In this document: piece by piece, positions 1 through 9,773 of the stretch | Layout of the letters: each line of letters starts with the position of its first letter | Position numbering within the stretch: position 1 is the first letter of the stretch | NCBI GenBank assembly: GCA_964434565.1 | Contig: CAYSVQ010000070.1 | Coordinates: 16,980 to 80,979, forward strand | DNA: 64,000 nt | Direction of reading: 5' to 3' | Source: an uncultured Flavobacteriaceae bacterium | GTDB lineage: Bacteria; Bacteroidota; Bacteroidia; Flavobacteriales; Flavobacteriaceae | Program-made: the position numbers and the translations under genes | The notes under the pieces: model-generated | What the model saw: the letters and a program-made list of their open reading frames with translations, nothing else | Databases searched by the model: none | What the model was told of the DNA's origin: nothing

Positions 1-61
1 GGGTGGCCACGGCATAGCCGAAGGTCATCCCCATGTTCTTTAAGGCTTTTCTTCTGTTCAT
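1..61 (-). CDS. N-terminal fragment of a small twin-arginine-signal subunit (gluconate 2-dehydrogenase subunit 3-like) partnered with the GMC flavoprotein; continues beyond the window start
   Basis: The reverse complement of 1..61 reads MNRRKALKNMGMTFGYAVAT, with an RRK motif typical of Tat signals. Its ATG (59..61) overlaps the TAA stop (61..63) of the upstream GMC gene (TAATG coupling). Only 20 codons are visible. Confidence 0.5.
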   Translation of the reverse strand, partial: MNRRKALKNMGMTFGYAVAT

Positions 62-1773
62 TATATACTTCCTTTTTTAAGTTGTTCGGCGGCGTGGTTA
101 ACAGCCCTAGCCGTAAAGGCCATATAAGTCAGAGAGGGGTTTACACAGGAGGCGGAGGTCATAAAAGCCCCGTCTGTAACATACACATTGGGAACGGCAT
201 GCACCTGGTTCCAGCCGTTTAGCACAGAGGTTTTAGGATCCCTGCCCATACGGGCCGTACCCATTTCGTGTATCCCCAGGCCGGGTGCCCCGGGCCTGTC
301 GAAGGCTTCAATATCCCTGACCCCTGCGGCTTCAAGCATGGCTACTGCCTGTTCCTGCATGTCTTTACGCATCTTAATCTCATTGTCCTTGTATTCGGCA
401 TCAAAAGTTACCGTAGGCAAGCCCCATCCATCCAGTTTGTCGTAGTCAAGCGTCATGCGGTTCTCCTCGTAAGGGAGCATCTCCCCGAAGCCACCCATTC
501 CGATTGTCCACCCACCAGGTTTTAAAATGGCTTCCTTAAGGTCCTTGCCGTAAGAAAGTTCAGCTACGGTCTCGTCCCAGTTGCCCCGGGAAGCGCCCCC
601 CTGGTAGCCGTAACCCCTGATATAATCCCTGGTGTCTGAATCCCCTCCAAGGTTACGGAAGCGGGGTATATAAATCCCGTTGGGTTTCCTGCCCTTGTAA
701 TACTTGTCATCAAACCCGTCATACTTGCCCTGGGCTCCAACGTTCAGGTGGTGGTCCATTATATTCCTTCCCAGCTGGTCTGAGTCGTTGCCAAGGCCGT
801 TGGGGAATCGGTCTGATTTGGATTGCATCAAAATGGAGGTGGATGCTATGGCCGAAGCGCACAGGAAAATAACTTTAGCTTTAAATTCGTATTCCTCCTT
901 TGTCTCCCGGTCTTTAACCTTTACGCCTGTTGCCTTTTTGGTATTCGGGTCGTATATGATTTCGTGTACCACGGCATCCGGGCGCAGGGTAAGGTTCCCC
1001 GTGCGTTCCGCTGCCGGCAGCGTGGACGAGTTGCTGCTGAAATATGAACCGAAGGGACATCCGCGGATACAGCGGTTACGGTACTGGCAGCGTATCCGGC
1101 CATCGTATTGCTTATCGCTGTTGATGTGGGCGACCCGACCTGCGGTTATGACCCGGCCGTTAAAACTTTCGGAAACCTTCTCCCGTAAATGTTGCTCCAC
1201 GCAGTTCAGTTCCATCATGGGTTCGAAAACCCCATCGGGCAACTGTGGTAAACCAAGCGATTCGCCGCTTACCCCGATAAAGGATTCCGCCTTGTCATAC
1301 CAGGGGGCGATATCTTTATACCGCACCGGCCAGTCGATGGAAACTTTATCATTCTTATTGGCTTCAAAATCAATGTCGCTCCAGCGATAGCTGTGCCGCC
1401 CCCACATTATAGACCGTCCGCCAACATGGTAACCGCGCATCCAGTCGAATCGCTTGATCTCGTTGTAGGGGTGTTCCAGGTCGTTCACGAACCAGAAATT
1501 GTGCTGGGCCTTTACCGTGTATCCGGTCCTTGCCTGCTTCAGTTGTTTTGCCTTTTCCTCCCTCGGGAGTTCACCCCTGTTGGGAAAGTCCCAGTCGTCC
1601 ATATTGGCGGTGGGATAGTCTTCAATATGTCTGACCATCCGCCCCCTTTCAAGCACCAATGTTTTGAGTCCTTTTTCACATAATTCCTTGGCTGCCCAGC
1701 CACCGCTGATCCCAGTCCCCACAACAATCGCATCATAGGATTCCTGCTCCTGGTTGTAATAAAATTTGCTCAT
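61..1773 (-). CDS. GMC-family FAD-dependent oxidoreductase (glycoside/sugar dehydrogenase-like large subunit)
   Basis: 570-aa ORF with an ATG start. The N-terminal Rossmann motif is DAIVVGTGISGGWAAKEL, and the C-terminal GMC signature region is HEMGTARMG...VTDGAFM. It has no signal peptide of its own and is a paralog of 7752..9455. Confidence 0.9.
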   Translation of the reverse strand: MSKFYYNQEQESYDAIVVGTGISGGWAAKELCEKGLKTLVLERGRMVRHIEDYPTANMDDWDFPNRGELPREEKAKQLKQARTGYTVKAQHNFWFVNDLEHPYNEIKRFDWMRGYHVGGRSIMWGRHSYRWSDIDFEANKNDKVSIDWPVRYKDIAPWYDKAESFIGVSGESLGLPQLPDGVFEPMMELNCVEQHLREKVSESFNGRVITAGRVAHINSDKQYDGRIRCQYRNRCIRGCPFGSYFSSNSSTLPAAERTGNLTLRPDAVVHEIIYDPNTKKATGVKVKDRETKEEYEFKAKVIFLCASAIASTSILMQSKSDRFPNGLGNDSDQLGRNIMDHHLNVGAQGKYDGFDDKYYKGRKPNGIYIPRFRNLGGDSDTRDYIRGYGYQGGASRGNWDETVAELSYGKDLKEAILKPGGWTIGMGGFGEMLPYEENRMTLDYDKLDGWGLPTVTFDAEYKDNEIKMRKDMQEQAVAMLEAAGVRDIEAFDRPGAPGLGIHEMGTARMGRDPKTSVLNGWNQVHAVPNVYVTDGAFMTSASCVNPSLTYMAFTARAVNHAAEQLKKGSI

Positions 1774-2010
1774 TTATTGAATTGTTTATTCTCTAAAAGT
1801 ATTAAATATTAAATTAATTTTCTACATTTAAAACCTATAATTCCTTGTGAATTTGCAGTATAAGCATAGCCAAAATAAGAATACTAAAATAAATCATCAA
1901 ACATTGTCTTGAAGGTTGCATTTAGGAATATTAATTGAGGATTTGTGCTTCAGCAATAATACCCCAGCCTGTTTCCAGCAACATTTAACCCTACATTTAA
2001 ACGTTATCGC

Positions 2011-3012
2011 ATGAATCGAAGAAAATTTATACGGAAAGGATCACATGCCGGAATAGCCTTGTCTGTATTGGGTGTTTATGCCTGTAAGCAGGAGAAAAAA
2101 CAGGAAGAAGGTTCCGAAATGGGAACCACCCCTGTACAGGAGGCTACCCCCTTCTTTGAGTTATCACTTGGGCAATGGTCTATTCACCGGATGATCTTTG
2201 AGGAGGGGACAGACCCCTATTCTTTTGCAGAAAAGGCCAAAAACTGGGGATTCAGCGGGCTCGAATACGTAAGCCAACTTTACAATAAAGAACTGGAGGC
2301 CGCTAACTTTTCGGAAGAAGCCATGGCTGCCTTTGTTGAAAAAAGCAATACCGAAGCTTTGAAACACGGCCTGGCTAACGTCCTTATTATGGTGGACGGG
2401 CAGGGAGACCTCGCAACAACCGATCCGGCAGCTCGCCGTGCTGCCGCAGAGAACCATTTTAAATGGGTAGATGCCGCTGCTGCCATGGGATGCCATGCCA
2501 TCCGGGTAAACCTCGCGGGAAGTAACGAGCGCGATGAATGGATTGCCAATTCGGTAGATGGATTAACCCAATTAGCTACCTATGCTGCGGATAAGCATAT
2601 CAATGTATTGGTAGAGAACCACGGAGGCTTGTCGTCTAACGCCAAATTACTCGCAGGGGTGATGGAACAGGTGAATATGGAGAACTGCGGAACCCTACCC
2701 GATTTCGGTAACTTCTGTATCCGAAAGGAAGACCCTGAAGACGGGTCGTCGCCCTGTGCCGAGAAATATGACATTTACCAGGGGGTAGAGGAACTTATGC
2801 CCCACGCCAGGGCGGTAAGCGCCAAATCGCACGGGTTTGATGCAGAAGGCCGGGAAACCGAGATCGATTATACCCGGATGCTCGGGATTGTGAAGAATGC
2901 CGGTTATACGGGCTTTATCGGAGTGGAATATGAAGGCAGCGACCTAAGTGAAGAAGCGGGGATCCTTGCCACAAAAGAGCTGTTGCTGAAAGCCGCCAAA
3001 GAGCTCGCATAA
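2011..3012 (+). CDS. Xylose-isomerase-like TIM-barrel protein (sugar phosphate isomerase/epimerase family) with Tat-type signal and lipobox
   Basis: 333 aa. The N-terminus MNRRKFIRKGSHAGIALSVLGVYAC carries a twin-arginine motif and a Cys lipobox. The body resembles the AP_endonuc_2/TIM-barrel family (IRVNLAG, VENHGG, GVEYEG). Confidence 0.8.
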   Translation: MNRRKFIRKGSHAGIALSVLGVYACKQEKKQEEGSEMGTTPVQEATPFFELSLGQWSIHRMIFEEGTDPYSFAEKAKNWGFSGLEYVSQLYNKELEAANFSEEAMAAFVEKSNTEALKHGLANVLIMVDGQGDLATTDPAARRAAAENHFKWVDAAAAMGCHAIRVNLAGSNERDEWIANSVDGLTQLATYAADKHINVLVENHGGLSSNAKLLAGVMEQVNMENCGTLPDFGNFCIRKEDPEDGSSPCAEKYDIYQGVEELMPHARAVSAKSHGFDAEGRETEIDYTRMLGIVKNAGYTGFIGVEYEGSDLSEEAGILATKELLLKAAKELA

Positions 3013-3028
3013 CGTACCAACCAGACCT

Positions 3029-3472
3029 ATGAAAGTATTTTTTAATGAGCTGTTCGATTATAACTTCTTTTGCAACAAGAAGTTAATAGAGGAATACAAG
3101 GGAGTAAAGAAAATGCCCGAAAAGAGCATAAGCCTCTTTAGCCATATCCTAAATGCCCATCATATCTGGAACGCCCGGCTACAGGGGAAATTACCCGGAT
3201 ATGAGGTATGGCAGCTGCAACCGGTAAAGGAGTGGAGCGATATCCACTACGAAAACCAGCGCAACACCTTTGAGATCATAACCAATACAGATAATTTCGA
3301 AAAGAGGATAGATTATGAAAATTCGGAGGGGCGGGTATATTCCAATACCATAAAAGACATTCTTTACCACATGATCAACCATTCAACGCACCATAGGGGC
3401 CAGATCGCAATGGACCTGCGGAACCATAATATGGAGCCGCTTTTATTGGATTATATTTTTTATAAAAGATAG
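3029..3472 (+). CDS. DinB-family protein
   Basis: 147 aa with a four-helix DinB-type His pattern (HILNAHHIW ... HSTHHRGQI). It lies 17 nt after the previous stop, consistent with an operon. Confidence 0.75.
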   Translation: MKVFFNELFDYNFFCNKKLIEEYKGVKKMPEKSISLFSHILNAHHIWNARLQGKLPGYEVWQLQPVKEWSDIHYENQRNTFEIITNTDNFEKRIDYENSEGRVYSNTIKDILYHMINHSTHHRGQIAMDLRNHNMEPLLLDYIFYKR

Positions 3473-3491
3473 CCCCAAAAGACCAACAAGC

Positions 3492-4721
3492 ATGACGCCC
3501 GGGATAAAAGTACAGCTCTCTTTGATGATGTTCCTCGAATTCTTTATCTGGGGGGGCTGGTTCGTAACCCTGGGTACTTATATGGGCGACAACCTGGAAG
3601 CCAGCGGCGGGCAGATTGCCATGGCGTTCTCCACGCAGTCATGGGGTGCTATTATCGCCCCGCTGGTTATAGGGATTATAGCCGACCGCTATTTCAACGC
3701 CGAAAAAATCCTTAGCATCCTGCACCTGGCCGGCGCCTTTCTCATGTACCAGTTATATATAGCGGAAGATTTTTCAGATTTTTACCCTTATGTGCTGGCC
3801 TATATGATCATGTATATGCCAACCCTGGCCCTGGTGAATTCCATTTCTTTCAACCAGATGAAAGACCCGGCAAAAGAATTCGCTTTTGTACGGGTTTTTG
3901 GGACCATCGGCTGGATTACCGCAGGGCTTATAATCAGCTATGTTTTCCTCTGGGATGCCGTGGAGGCGCGCGAAGCCGGGATGCTTAAAAATACCTTTTT
4001 GATGGTCTCCATTGCTTCTCTGATACTGGGCCTGTTCAGCCTCAGCCTTCCCAGAACCCCCCCCAAGGTTGACCGGGACGAGAAGATAAGCATCTATAGC
4101 ATGCTTGGTTTTGATGCCCTGCAATTGCTTAGGAACCGCAATTTCCTGATTTTCTTTGTTTCCTCCATTCTAATATGTATCCCCCTGGCATTTTATTACC
4201 AGAACGCCAATCCTTTCCTTGCCGAAATCGGAGTGACCAACCCTACCGGCAAAATGACGCTGGGACAGGCTTCGGAAGTCTTGTTTATGTTATTGCTGCC
4301 TTTCTTCTTTAAGAAATTCGGATTCAAGAACACCCTGATCTTCGGGATGCTGGCCTGGACCCTGAGATACCTGCTCTTTGCATATGGGAATGCCGGGGAA
4401 CTCGCATTTATGCTGTTGCTGGGAATAGCGCTCCACGGGATCTGCTATGACTTTTTCTTTGTCTCGGGACAGATCTATACAGACAGCAAGGCAGGGCCCA
4501 AGTACAAGAGTTCTGCCCAGGGGTTGATTACCCTGGCCACCTACGGGTTCGGGATGCTGATCGGGTTTTGGATCGCAGGTAAGATAAGCGATTTCTATAG
4601 CCTGCAGGATGGAACGCATTCATGGGAAACCATATGGCTTTACCCCGCTGCATTTGCATTTGGAGTAATGCTGCTGTTTATGATCTTTTTTAAAAATGAA
4701 GAAATAGCATATAAAACTTAA
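3492..4721 (+). CDS. Nucleoside:H+ symporter-family permease (NupG/XapB/YegT-like MFS)
   Basis: 409 aa and polytopic. The N-terminal LSLMMFLEFFIWGGWFVTLGTYM closely mirrors the NupG-family N-terminus. Confidence 0.8.
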   Translation: MTPGIKVQLSLMMFLEFFIWGGWFVTLGTYMGDNLEASGGQIAMAFSTQSWGAIIAPLVIGIIADRYFNAEKILSILHLAGAFLMYQLYIAEDFSDFYPYVLAYMIMYMPTLALVNSISFNQMKDPAKEFAFVRVFGTIGWITAGLIISYVFLWDAVEAREAGMLKNTFLMVSIASLILGLFSLSLPRTPPKVDRDEKISIYSMLGFDALQLLRNRNFLIFFVSSILICIPLAFYYQNANPFLAEIGVTNPTGKMTLGQASEVLFMLLLPFFFKKFGFKNTLIFGMLAWTLRYLLFAYGNAGELAFMLLLGIALHGICYDFFFVSGQIYTDSKAGPKYKSSAQGLITLATYGFGMLIGFWIAGKISDFYSLQDGTHSWETIWLYPAAFAFGVMLLFMIFFKNEEIAYKT

Positions 4722-4793
4722 TTTTTATTTCAATAAATTCATAGCCTTGTAATTCAACTAAACCACAACTAAATACCAATTAAACTAAACCAA

Positions 4794-6032
4794 ATGAAAG
4801 CAGTAAACAAGAAACAGCTCTTTCTGGCCGCCTGTATTTCCCTGATCGTTACCGCCATGACTTTTGCCATCAGGGCAGGTATCCTTGACCAGCTTGGCGG
4901 CGAATTCGGACTCAGTGATACCCAACTGGGATATATCAACGGGATGGCCTTCCTTGGTTTTCCCATCGCTACCATTATTGGAGGCCTGCTTTACAATAGC
5001 ATAGGCGCGCGGAAATTAATGATTGTCGCGTTTATCTCCCACATCATAGGCCTGGTTATGACCATTGCAGCCGGTGGCTTCTGGACACTGCTCCTCTCTA
5101 CCTTCTTTATCGGATTTGCCAATGGCTCCGTTGAAGCGGCCTGTAACCCGCTTATTGCAGACATGTACACCCGGAACCGTACTGCCATGCTCAACAAATT
5201 CCACGTTTGGTTTCCCGGGGGGATCGTAATAGGTGCCCTTGTGTCTAAGTTCATGACCGATTTCGGGATGGGCTGGCAGATGCAGATTGGCATTATGCTG
5301 ATCCCTACATTAATATACGGCTACCTGTTCTTCAAACAAACATTCCCGGAGAGCGAGCATATAGAAACGGATACCAGGGTGAATATAAAATCGCTGGCCA
5401 GCCCGCTTTTTCTCTTTATCATCATCTGTATGACCCTAACTGCGATATCGGAATTCGGACCGCAGCAATGGGTGGAGCGGATACTTGGCAATTCGGGAGC
5501 CAGCCCCATGCTGGTACTCGCAATGGTAACCGGAATTATGGCCGTCGGCCGTTATTTTGCAGGCCCTATCGTTCACCGCCTGAACCCAATAGGCGTGCTG
5601 CTGATGTCGGCCATAATAACCACCCTGGCTGTTTATAGCATGAGCCTGGCGGAAGGCCCCATGATTTACGCGGCAGCCATACTCTTTGCCCTTGGCGTTT
5701 GTTATTTCTGGCCTACCATGATAGGGTTCACTTCGGAATACCTGCCTAAAACAGGTGCCCTTGGGATGTCGCTGATGGGAGGCGCGGGAATGCTTTCCAC
5801 CGCAATCTGGCAACCGGTAATCGGCTCCTGGCTGGATGACGCCAGGACCTTTGCCATGGACAGTGGCCTGACCCAGGAGGCTGCAGAACTGGCGGCCGGA
5901 AGGTCAACCCTGGGTAATATGGTATTTTTCCCACTCACAGTTGCCGTATTATTCGCTATCTTGTTCTTCTTTCGGAAGAAACTGGAATCGCGCAGGGTAC
6001 CCCAGGAACATGAAGCTACGGAGGTGGTATAA
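4794..6032 (+). CDS. MFS transporter (sugar-type)
   Basis: 412 aa with about 12 predicted hydrophobic spans and MFS-like loop motifs. The substrate is not assignable from sequence alone. Confidence 0.75.
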   Translation: MKAVNKKQLFLAACISLIVTAMTFAIRAGILDQLGGEFGLSDTQLGYINGMAFLGFPIATIIGGLLYNSIGARKLMIVAFISHIIGLVMTIAAGGFWTLLLSTFFIGFANGSVEAACNPLIADMYTRNRTAMLNKFHVWFPGGIVIGALVSKFMTDFGMGWQMQIGIMLIPTLIYGYLFFKQTFPESEHIETDTRVNIKSLASPLFLFIIICMTLTAISEFGPQQWVERILGNSGASPMLVLAMVTGIMAVGRYFAGPIVHRLNPIGVLLMSAIITTLAVYSMSLAEGPMIYAAAILFALGVCYFWPTMIGFTSEYLPKTGALGMSLMGGAGMLSTAIWQPVIGSWLDDARTFAMDSGLTQEAAELAAGRSTLGNMVFFPLTVAVLFAILFFFRKKLESRRVPQEHEATEVV

Positions 6033-6083
6033 CCGGCTTCAGAATTCATTTAAAATATATTACGAATAGTTTAAAATTTTAGC

Positions 6084-7220
6084 ATGCCTAAGAAAATCAG
6101 ATTAGGAATCCTGGGAGGGGGCGGAGATTCCCTTATAGGGGTCCTACACAGGGTAGCCTCCCATATTAATGACAATTATCAGATCGTAGGAGCGGTATTT
6201 AATCCGGATTACGATCAAAACAAGGCGTTTGCAAAGGAGATAGATATCCCCACCAATAGGATTTATAAGGATTTTGACACCCTTGTAGTCGAGGAGATGA
6301 AACTACCCGCGGATGAAAGGATACAGGTTTGTTCCATCCTTACCCCGAACTTCCTGCATTTCCCCATGGCTAAGAAATTGCTAGACAATGGCTTCCATGT
6401 GATTTGCGAAAAACCCATGACCACCACCTATGAGGAGGCAAAAATACTGGAGGAAGCACACCGGAAGGCAGGAACCGTTTTTGCGGTTACGCATACCTAT
6501 ACAGGGTATCCCATGGTACGGCAAATGCGGGAAATGATTAAAGCAGGGGAGTTGGGCAGGATCCATAAAATTGATGCGCGCTATTACCAGGGATGGATTA
6601 ACCCGGTGATCCACGATAAGGAAAAACGCTCCTCAGTATGGCGGCTAGACCCGAAGAAGGCGGGGATCAGTTCCTGTATGGGCGACATAGGGGTGCATGC
6701 CTTCAACCTGATCGAATATACAACCGGCCTCATGGTGAAATCCTTGCTGTGCGATTTCAATTACCTGTATGAAGATAACCAGATGGATGTAGACGGTACC
6801 GTACTCATTCGCCTGGGCGAACATGTAAAAGGCGTCATTCGCGGCAGCCAGGTTGCCACCGGGGAAGAGAACGGCCTTGCGATCAGGATTTATGGAGAAA
6901 AGGCGGGCTTTCTCTGGGAACAGGAGAATCCGAACTTTCTGTACAAGCTAAGCGACTCCGAACCGGTACAGATTTATAAGCCGGGGCATGCGTATAATTC
7001 CGAATTGTCATTGGCAGGCACTAAATTACCCGCCGGGCATCCGGAAGGGATATTCGATTCCATGGCCAACATTTACCTTGGCGTAGCCAGGGCGATACGG
7101 GGCGAAAAGTATAACGACGGGGAATTTCCAACCATAAAGGATGGCGTTCGCGGGCTGAATTTTATTGAAGCCACCGTGGCATCCCATAAAGGTGGTAATG
7201 TCTGGATAGAACTGGACTGA
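6084..7220 (+). CDS. Gfo/Idh/MocA-family NAD(P)-dependent oxidoreductase
   Basis: 378 aa. It has an N-terminal Rossmann segment IRLGILGGGGDSLIG and the EKP motif (VICEKPM) typical of this family. No signal peptide. Confidence 0.85.
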   Translation: MPKKIRLGILGGGGDSLIGVLHRVASHINDNYQIVGAVFNPDYDQNKAFAKEIDIPTNRIYKDFDTLVVEEMKLPADERIQVCSILTPNFLHFPMAKKLLDNGFHVICEKPMTTTYEEAKILEEAHRKAGTVFAVTHTYTGYPMVRQMREMIKAGELGRIHKIDARYYQGWINPVIHDKEKRSSVWRLDPKKAGISSCMGDIGVHAFNLIEYTTGLMVKSLLCDFNYLYEDNQMDVDGTVLIRLGEHVKGVIRGSQVATGEENGLAIRIYGEKAGFLWEQENPNFLYKLSDSEPVQIYKPGHAYNSELSLAGTKLPAGHPEGIFDSMANIYLGVARAIRGEKYNDGEFPTIKDGVRGLNFIEATVASHKGGNVWIELD

Positions 7221-7242
7221 GCCGCAGCAACAATTCGTTCAG

Positions 7243-7276
7243 ACCCGGCAGCTTTCTTTAAACTGCCGGGTTTTGT
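7243..7276 (+). terminator. Rho-independent terminator between convergent genes
   Basis: The stem ACCCGGCAG (7243..7251) pairs with CTGCCGGGT (7263..7271) and is followed by TTTT. Confidence 0.7.
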
Positions 7277-7279
7277 GTT

Positions 7280-7738
7280 TCAACGGTCGAACACCTTTTC
7301 GAAAACCTCGCAGACCACTATCATGCTTTCCCTTGGCACCCGGCCAAAAGGTAAGAGTTCCCTTGTATAACTCTCCCATTGTGCATTCTTCCATTCGTCA
7401 AGGTTGGCATACCCATCCATTTTTGAATATGAGGAACGGATACTGAAAAATGGGGTAAGGCGTACTGCCACGGTTCTGATTATACAGCGCGCCTTTCCGT
7501 TCCAATCTGTCAGCACTGTAAAATCGCCTATTTTAGGGAGCGGCTCCTTCCTGAGCTGCAGGCCCAGAAGGGAATGTGAGACAGCCCTTTTTTTCCCGGA
7601 AATTATCAGCTTTAGCTGTTTCTCGGCATCCGCTTCATTATCCGCAAGGTGGATCACCCTGGGTGCGTGAACAAAGGCGTACTGCAGGTGCGTATCCAGA
7701 TAATCACCCCACATATGTCTTGCTGATGCATTGTTCAT
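7280..7738 (-). CDS. ASCH-domain protein
   Basis: The track ORF 7280..7789 overlaps the upstream GMC gene. The internal ATG at 7738 (MNNASARHMWGDY...) removes the overlap. The body (GKKRAVSHSLLG...DFTVLTDWNGKARCIIRT..V..F) resembles ASCH/YqfB-like beta-barrel proteins. Confidence 0.6.
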   Translation of the reverse strand: MNNASARHMWGDYLDTHLQYAFVHAPRVIHLADNEADAEKQLKLIISGKKRAVSHSLLGLQLRKEPLPKIGDFTVLTDWNGKARCIIRTVAVRLTPFFSIRSSYSKMDGYANLDEWKNAQWESYTRELLPFGRVPRESMIVVCEVFEKVFDR

Positions 7739-7751
7739 ATAAAACGGTGTT

Positions 7752-9455
7752 TTAGGAAAGCCTGCCTGCGCGGAATTCCCGGGCAGCATGGTCGGCCGCC
7801 CTGGCAGTGAAGGCCATATAGGTTAATGAAGGGTTAACACAACTGGCGGAGGCCATAAAGGCCCCATCCGTTACATATACGTTAGGAACACTGTGTACCT
7901 GGTTATTTTTATTCAGGATTGAAGTCTTTGGGTTCCGGCCCATACGGGCACCGCCCATTTCATGGATCCCCAGACCCGGACCTGTTTCATTTTCATAAGG
8001 GGTTACTTCTTTAAAACCTGCTGCCGTGAACATGGCCGTAATCTCGCGAATTATATCTTCCCTCATTTTGTATTCATTTTCCCTGAACTCCACATCAAAG
8101 TCCAGTTGCGGTAGGCCCCATTGGTCTTTTTCGGTCGTGCTCAGCGTAACACGGTTGTTGTGGTAAGGCAGCATTTCGCCAAAACCGGTGGCGCCTATCT
8201 CCCATTGCCCTGGTTTTTGAAGGCTGGCTTTTAACTCCTTTCCATATTGCATTTCCGCTACTGCTTCGGACCAGTCTTCCCTGCTGGCACCGCCTTGATA
8301 GCCAAATCCGCGCAGGTAACCCCTGTTAGCAGTTTTTTCATTCAGATTAACAAAGCGGGGTATATAAAACCCATTGGGCCTGCGCCCTTTGTAATACTTG
8401 TCCAGAAAGCCGTCCACCTTTGCACTTGCCCCCAACTGGTAATGATGGTCCATAATATTGCGGCCGAGTTCATCATGGTCGTTGCCCAGGCCATTCGGGA
8501 AGCGATCTGATTTCGATTGCAGGAGTATCCCGACACTTGCCATGGAGGAAGCGCAGAGAAAGATCACCTTGGCATTAAATTCCAGCTTTTCGTGTGTTTC
8601 GGCATCAATAAGCTTAACGCCTGTTGCCCTCTTTTTCGTATCGTCATAGACGATTTCATGTACTATGGAATTAGGCCTCAGGGTCATATTACCCGTGCGT
8701 TCGGCTGCCGGAAGGGTAGAAGAATTACTGCTGAAGTAACCTCCGAACGGACAGCCGCGCCAGCAACGATCCCTGAACTGGCAGGGGCTCCTGCCTTCAA
8801 TCAGGGCGTTTTTATCCGTGATATTCGCAGTCCGGCCTATGGTAAGAAGGCGGCCGTCATCAAAATTTTCGGCCAGTGATTTTTTAAATGCCACTTCAGG
8901 GCAGTTGAGGTCCATAGGCGGTTGAAATCTGCCGTCAGGAAGATGGTACAGCCCAAGCGCTTCCCCACTTACCCCTATGTATTCTTCGACTTTATCGTAC
9001 CAGGGGGCGATTTCCGCGTAGCGCACCGGCCAGTCTACCCCGATGCCTTCCTTTAAATTTGCTTCAAAATCAAGATCGCTCCATCGGTAACTTTGCCTGC
9101 CCCAGGTAAGGGAACGGCCCCCTACATGGTAACCCCGGATCCAGTCGAACCGCTTGGTCTCAACATAGGGGTGTTCCAGGTCGTTCACGAAAAAGTGTTT
9201 TACATCGTCTTTCGGCGCCCAGTTTATACGGAGTTGTTTGTGATATTTTTTACGGTCTTCGGATGAAAGTTCATTCCGGTAGGGAAAGTCCCAGGGATCC
9301 ATATTCATGGTGGGGTAATCCGCTATATGTTTAACCATCCGGCCCCTTTCCAGGACAAGTGTTTTAAGGCCGTTTTCACATAATTCCCTGGCTGCCCATC
9401 CGCCGGTGATTCCGGTACCTACGACGATGGCATCGTAACGCACGCCCTGATTCAT
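7752..9455 (-). CDS. GMC-family FAD-dependent oxidoreductase (second paralog)
   Basis: 567 aa with the motifs DAIVVGTGITGGWAAREL and HEMGGARMG...VTDGAFM. It is colinear with 61..1773 and roughly two-thirds identical by eye. Confidence 0.9.
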   Translation of the reverse strand: MNQGVRYDAIVVGTGITGGWAARELCENGLKTLVLERGRMVKHIADYPTMNMDPWDFPYRNELSSEDRKKYHKQLRINWAPKDDVKHFFVNDLEHPYVETKRFDWIRGYHVGGRSLTWGRQSYRWSDLDFEANLKEGIGVDWPVRYAEIAPWYDKVEEYIGVSGEALGLYHLPDGRFQPPMDLNCPEVAFKKSLAENFDDGRLLTIGRTANITDKNALIEGRSPCQFRDRCWRGCPFGGYFSSNSSTLPAAERTGNMTLRPNSIVHEIVYDDTKKRATGVKLIDAETHEKLEFNAKVIFLCASSMASVGILLQSKSDRFPNGLGNDHDELGRNIMDHHYQLGASAKVDGFLDKYYKGRRPNGFYIPRFVNLNEKTANRGYLRGFGYQGGASREDWSEAVAEMQYGKELKASLQKPGQWEIGATGFGEMLPYHNNRVTLSTTEKDQWGLPQLDFDVEFRENEYKMREDIIREITAMFTAAGFKEVTPYENETGPGLGIHEMGGARMGRNPKTSILNKNNQVHSVPNVYVTDGAFMASASCVNPSLTYMAFTARAADHAAREFRAGRLS

Positions 9456-9773
9456 TGCTTATTTTTCTTTTTATTCTAAGGTATTTCCTATATTTAGGAC
9501 TTCCCTTCGGATCAACAACCTTTGGAAATAGAATCCTTAAATATATGGTATTATTCTTAACTTTTGCCGAAATACCATTTCGATTAGTCCAACAGTACAG
9601 ATGCTTTAAATGAGGCTACCCGGGAAGGTGATAATTAACGTAATGGAAGATTTCCTGCAAATGCGGGGGCATCTGGGTTTAATTAATATCGCGTGAGGTC
9701 GCGGGTAAATGAAATCAGGCGAATTACTCCTGCCGGCAGGCAGGGCTGACCGTTAAAAATCAATAAAATCAAT

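Noticed and set aside
704-1390. 228-aa antisense ORF inside the first GMC gene. Similar long shadow ORFs lie at 30204..31079, 34999..35925, 47589..48335, 48513..49193, 25198..25803, 42605..43153, 16182..16823 and 13312..13908.
   Set aside because: Each lies entirely opposite a gene with strong family motifs. Their translations are low-complexity (R/P/G/H-rich) with no recognisable domains. They are typical shadow ORFs in moderately GC-rich coding DNA.
9729-9740. Perfect 12-bp palindrome CCTGCCGGCAGG in the divergent GMC / TIM-barrel promoter region
   Set aside because: It is a single short GC dyad with no second copy in the locus and no regulator gene nearby. It could be an operator or simply a hairpin, and there is not enough evidence to call it.
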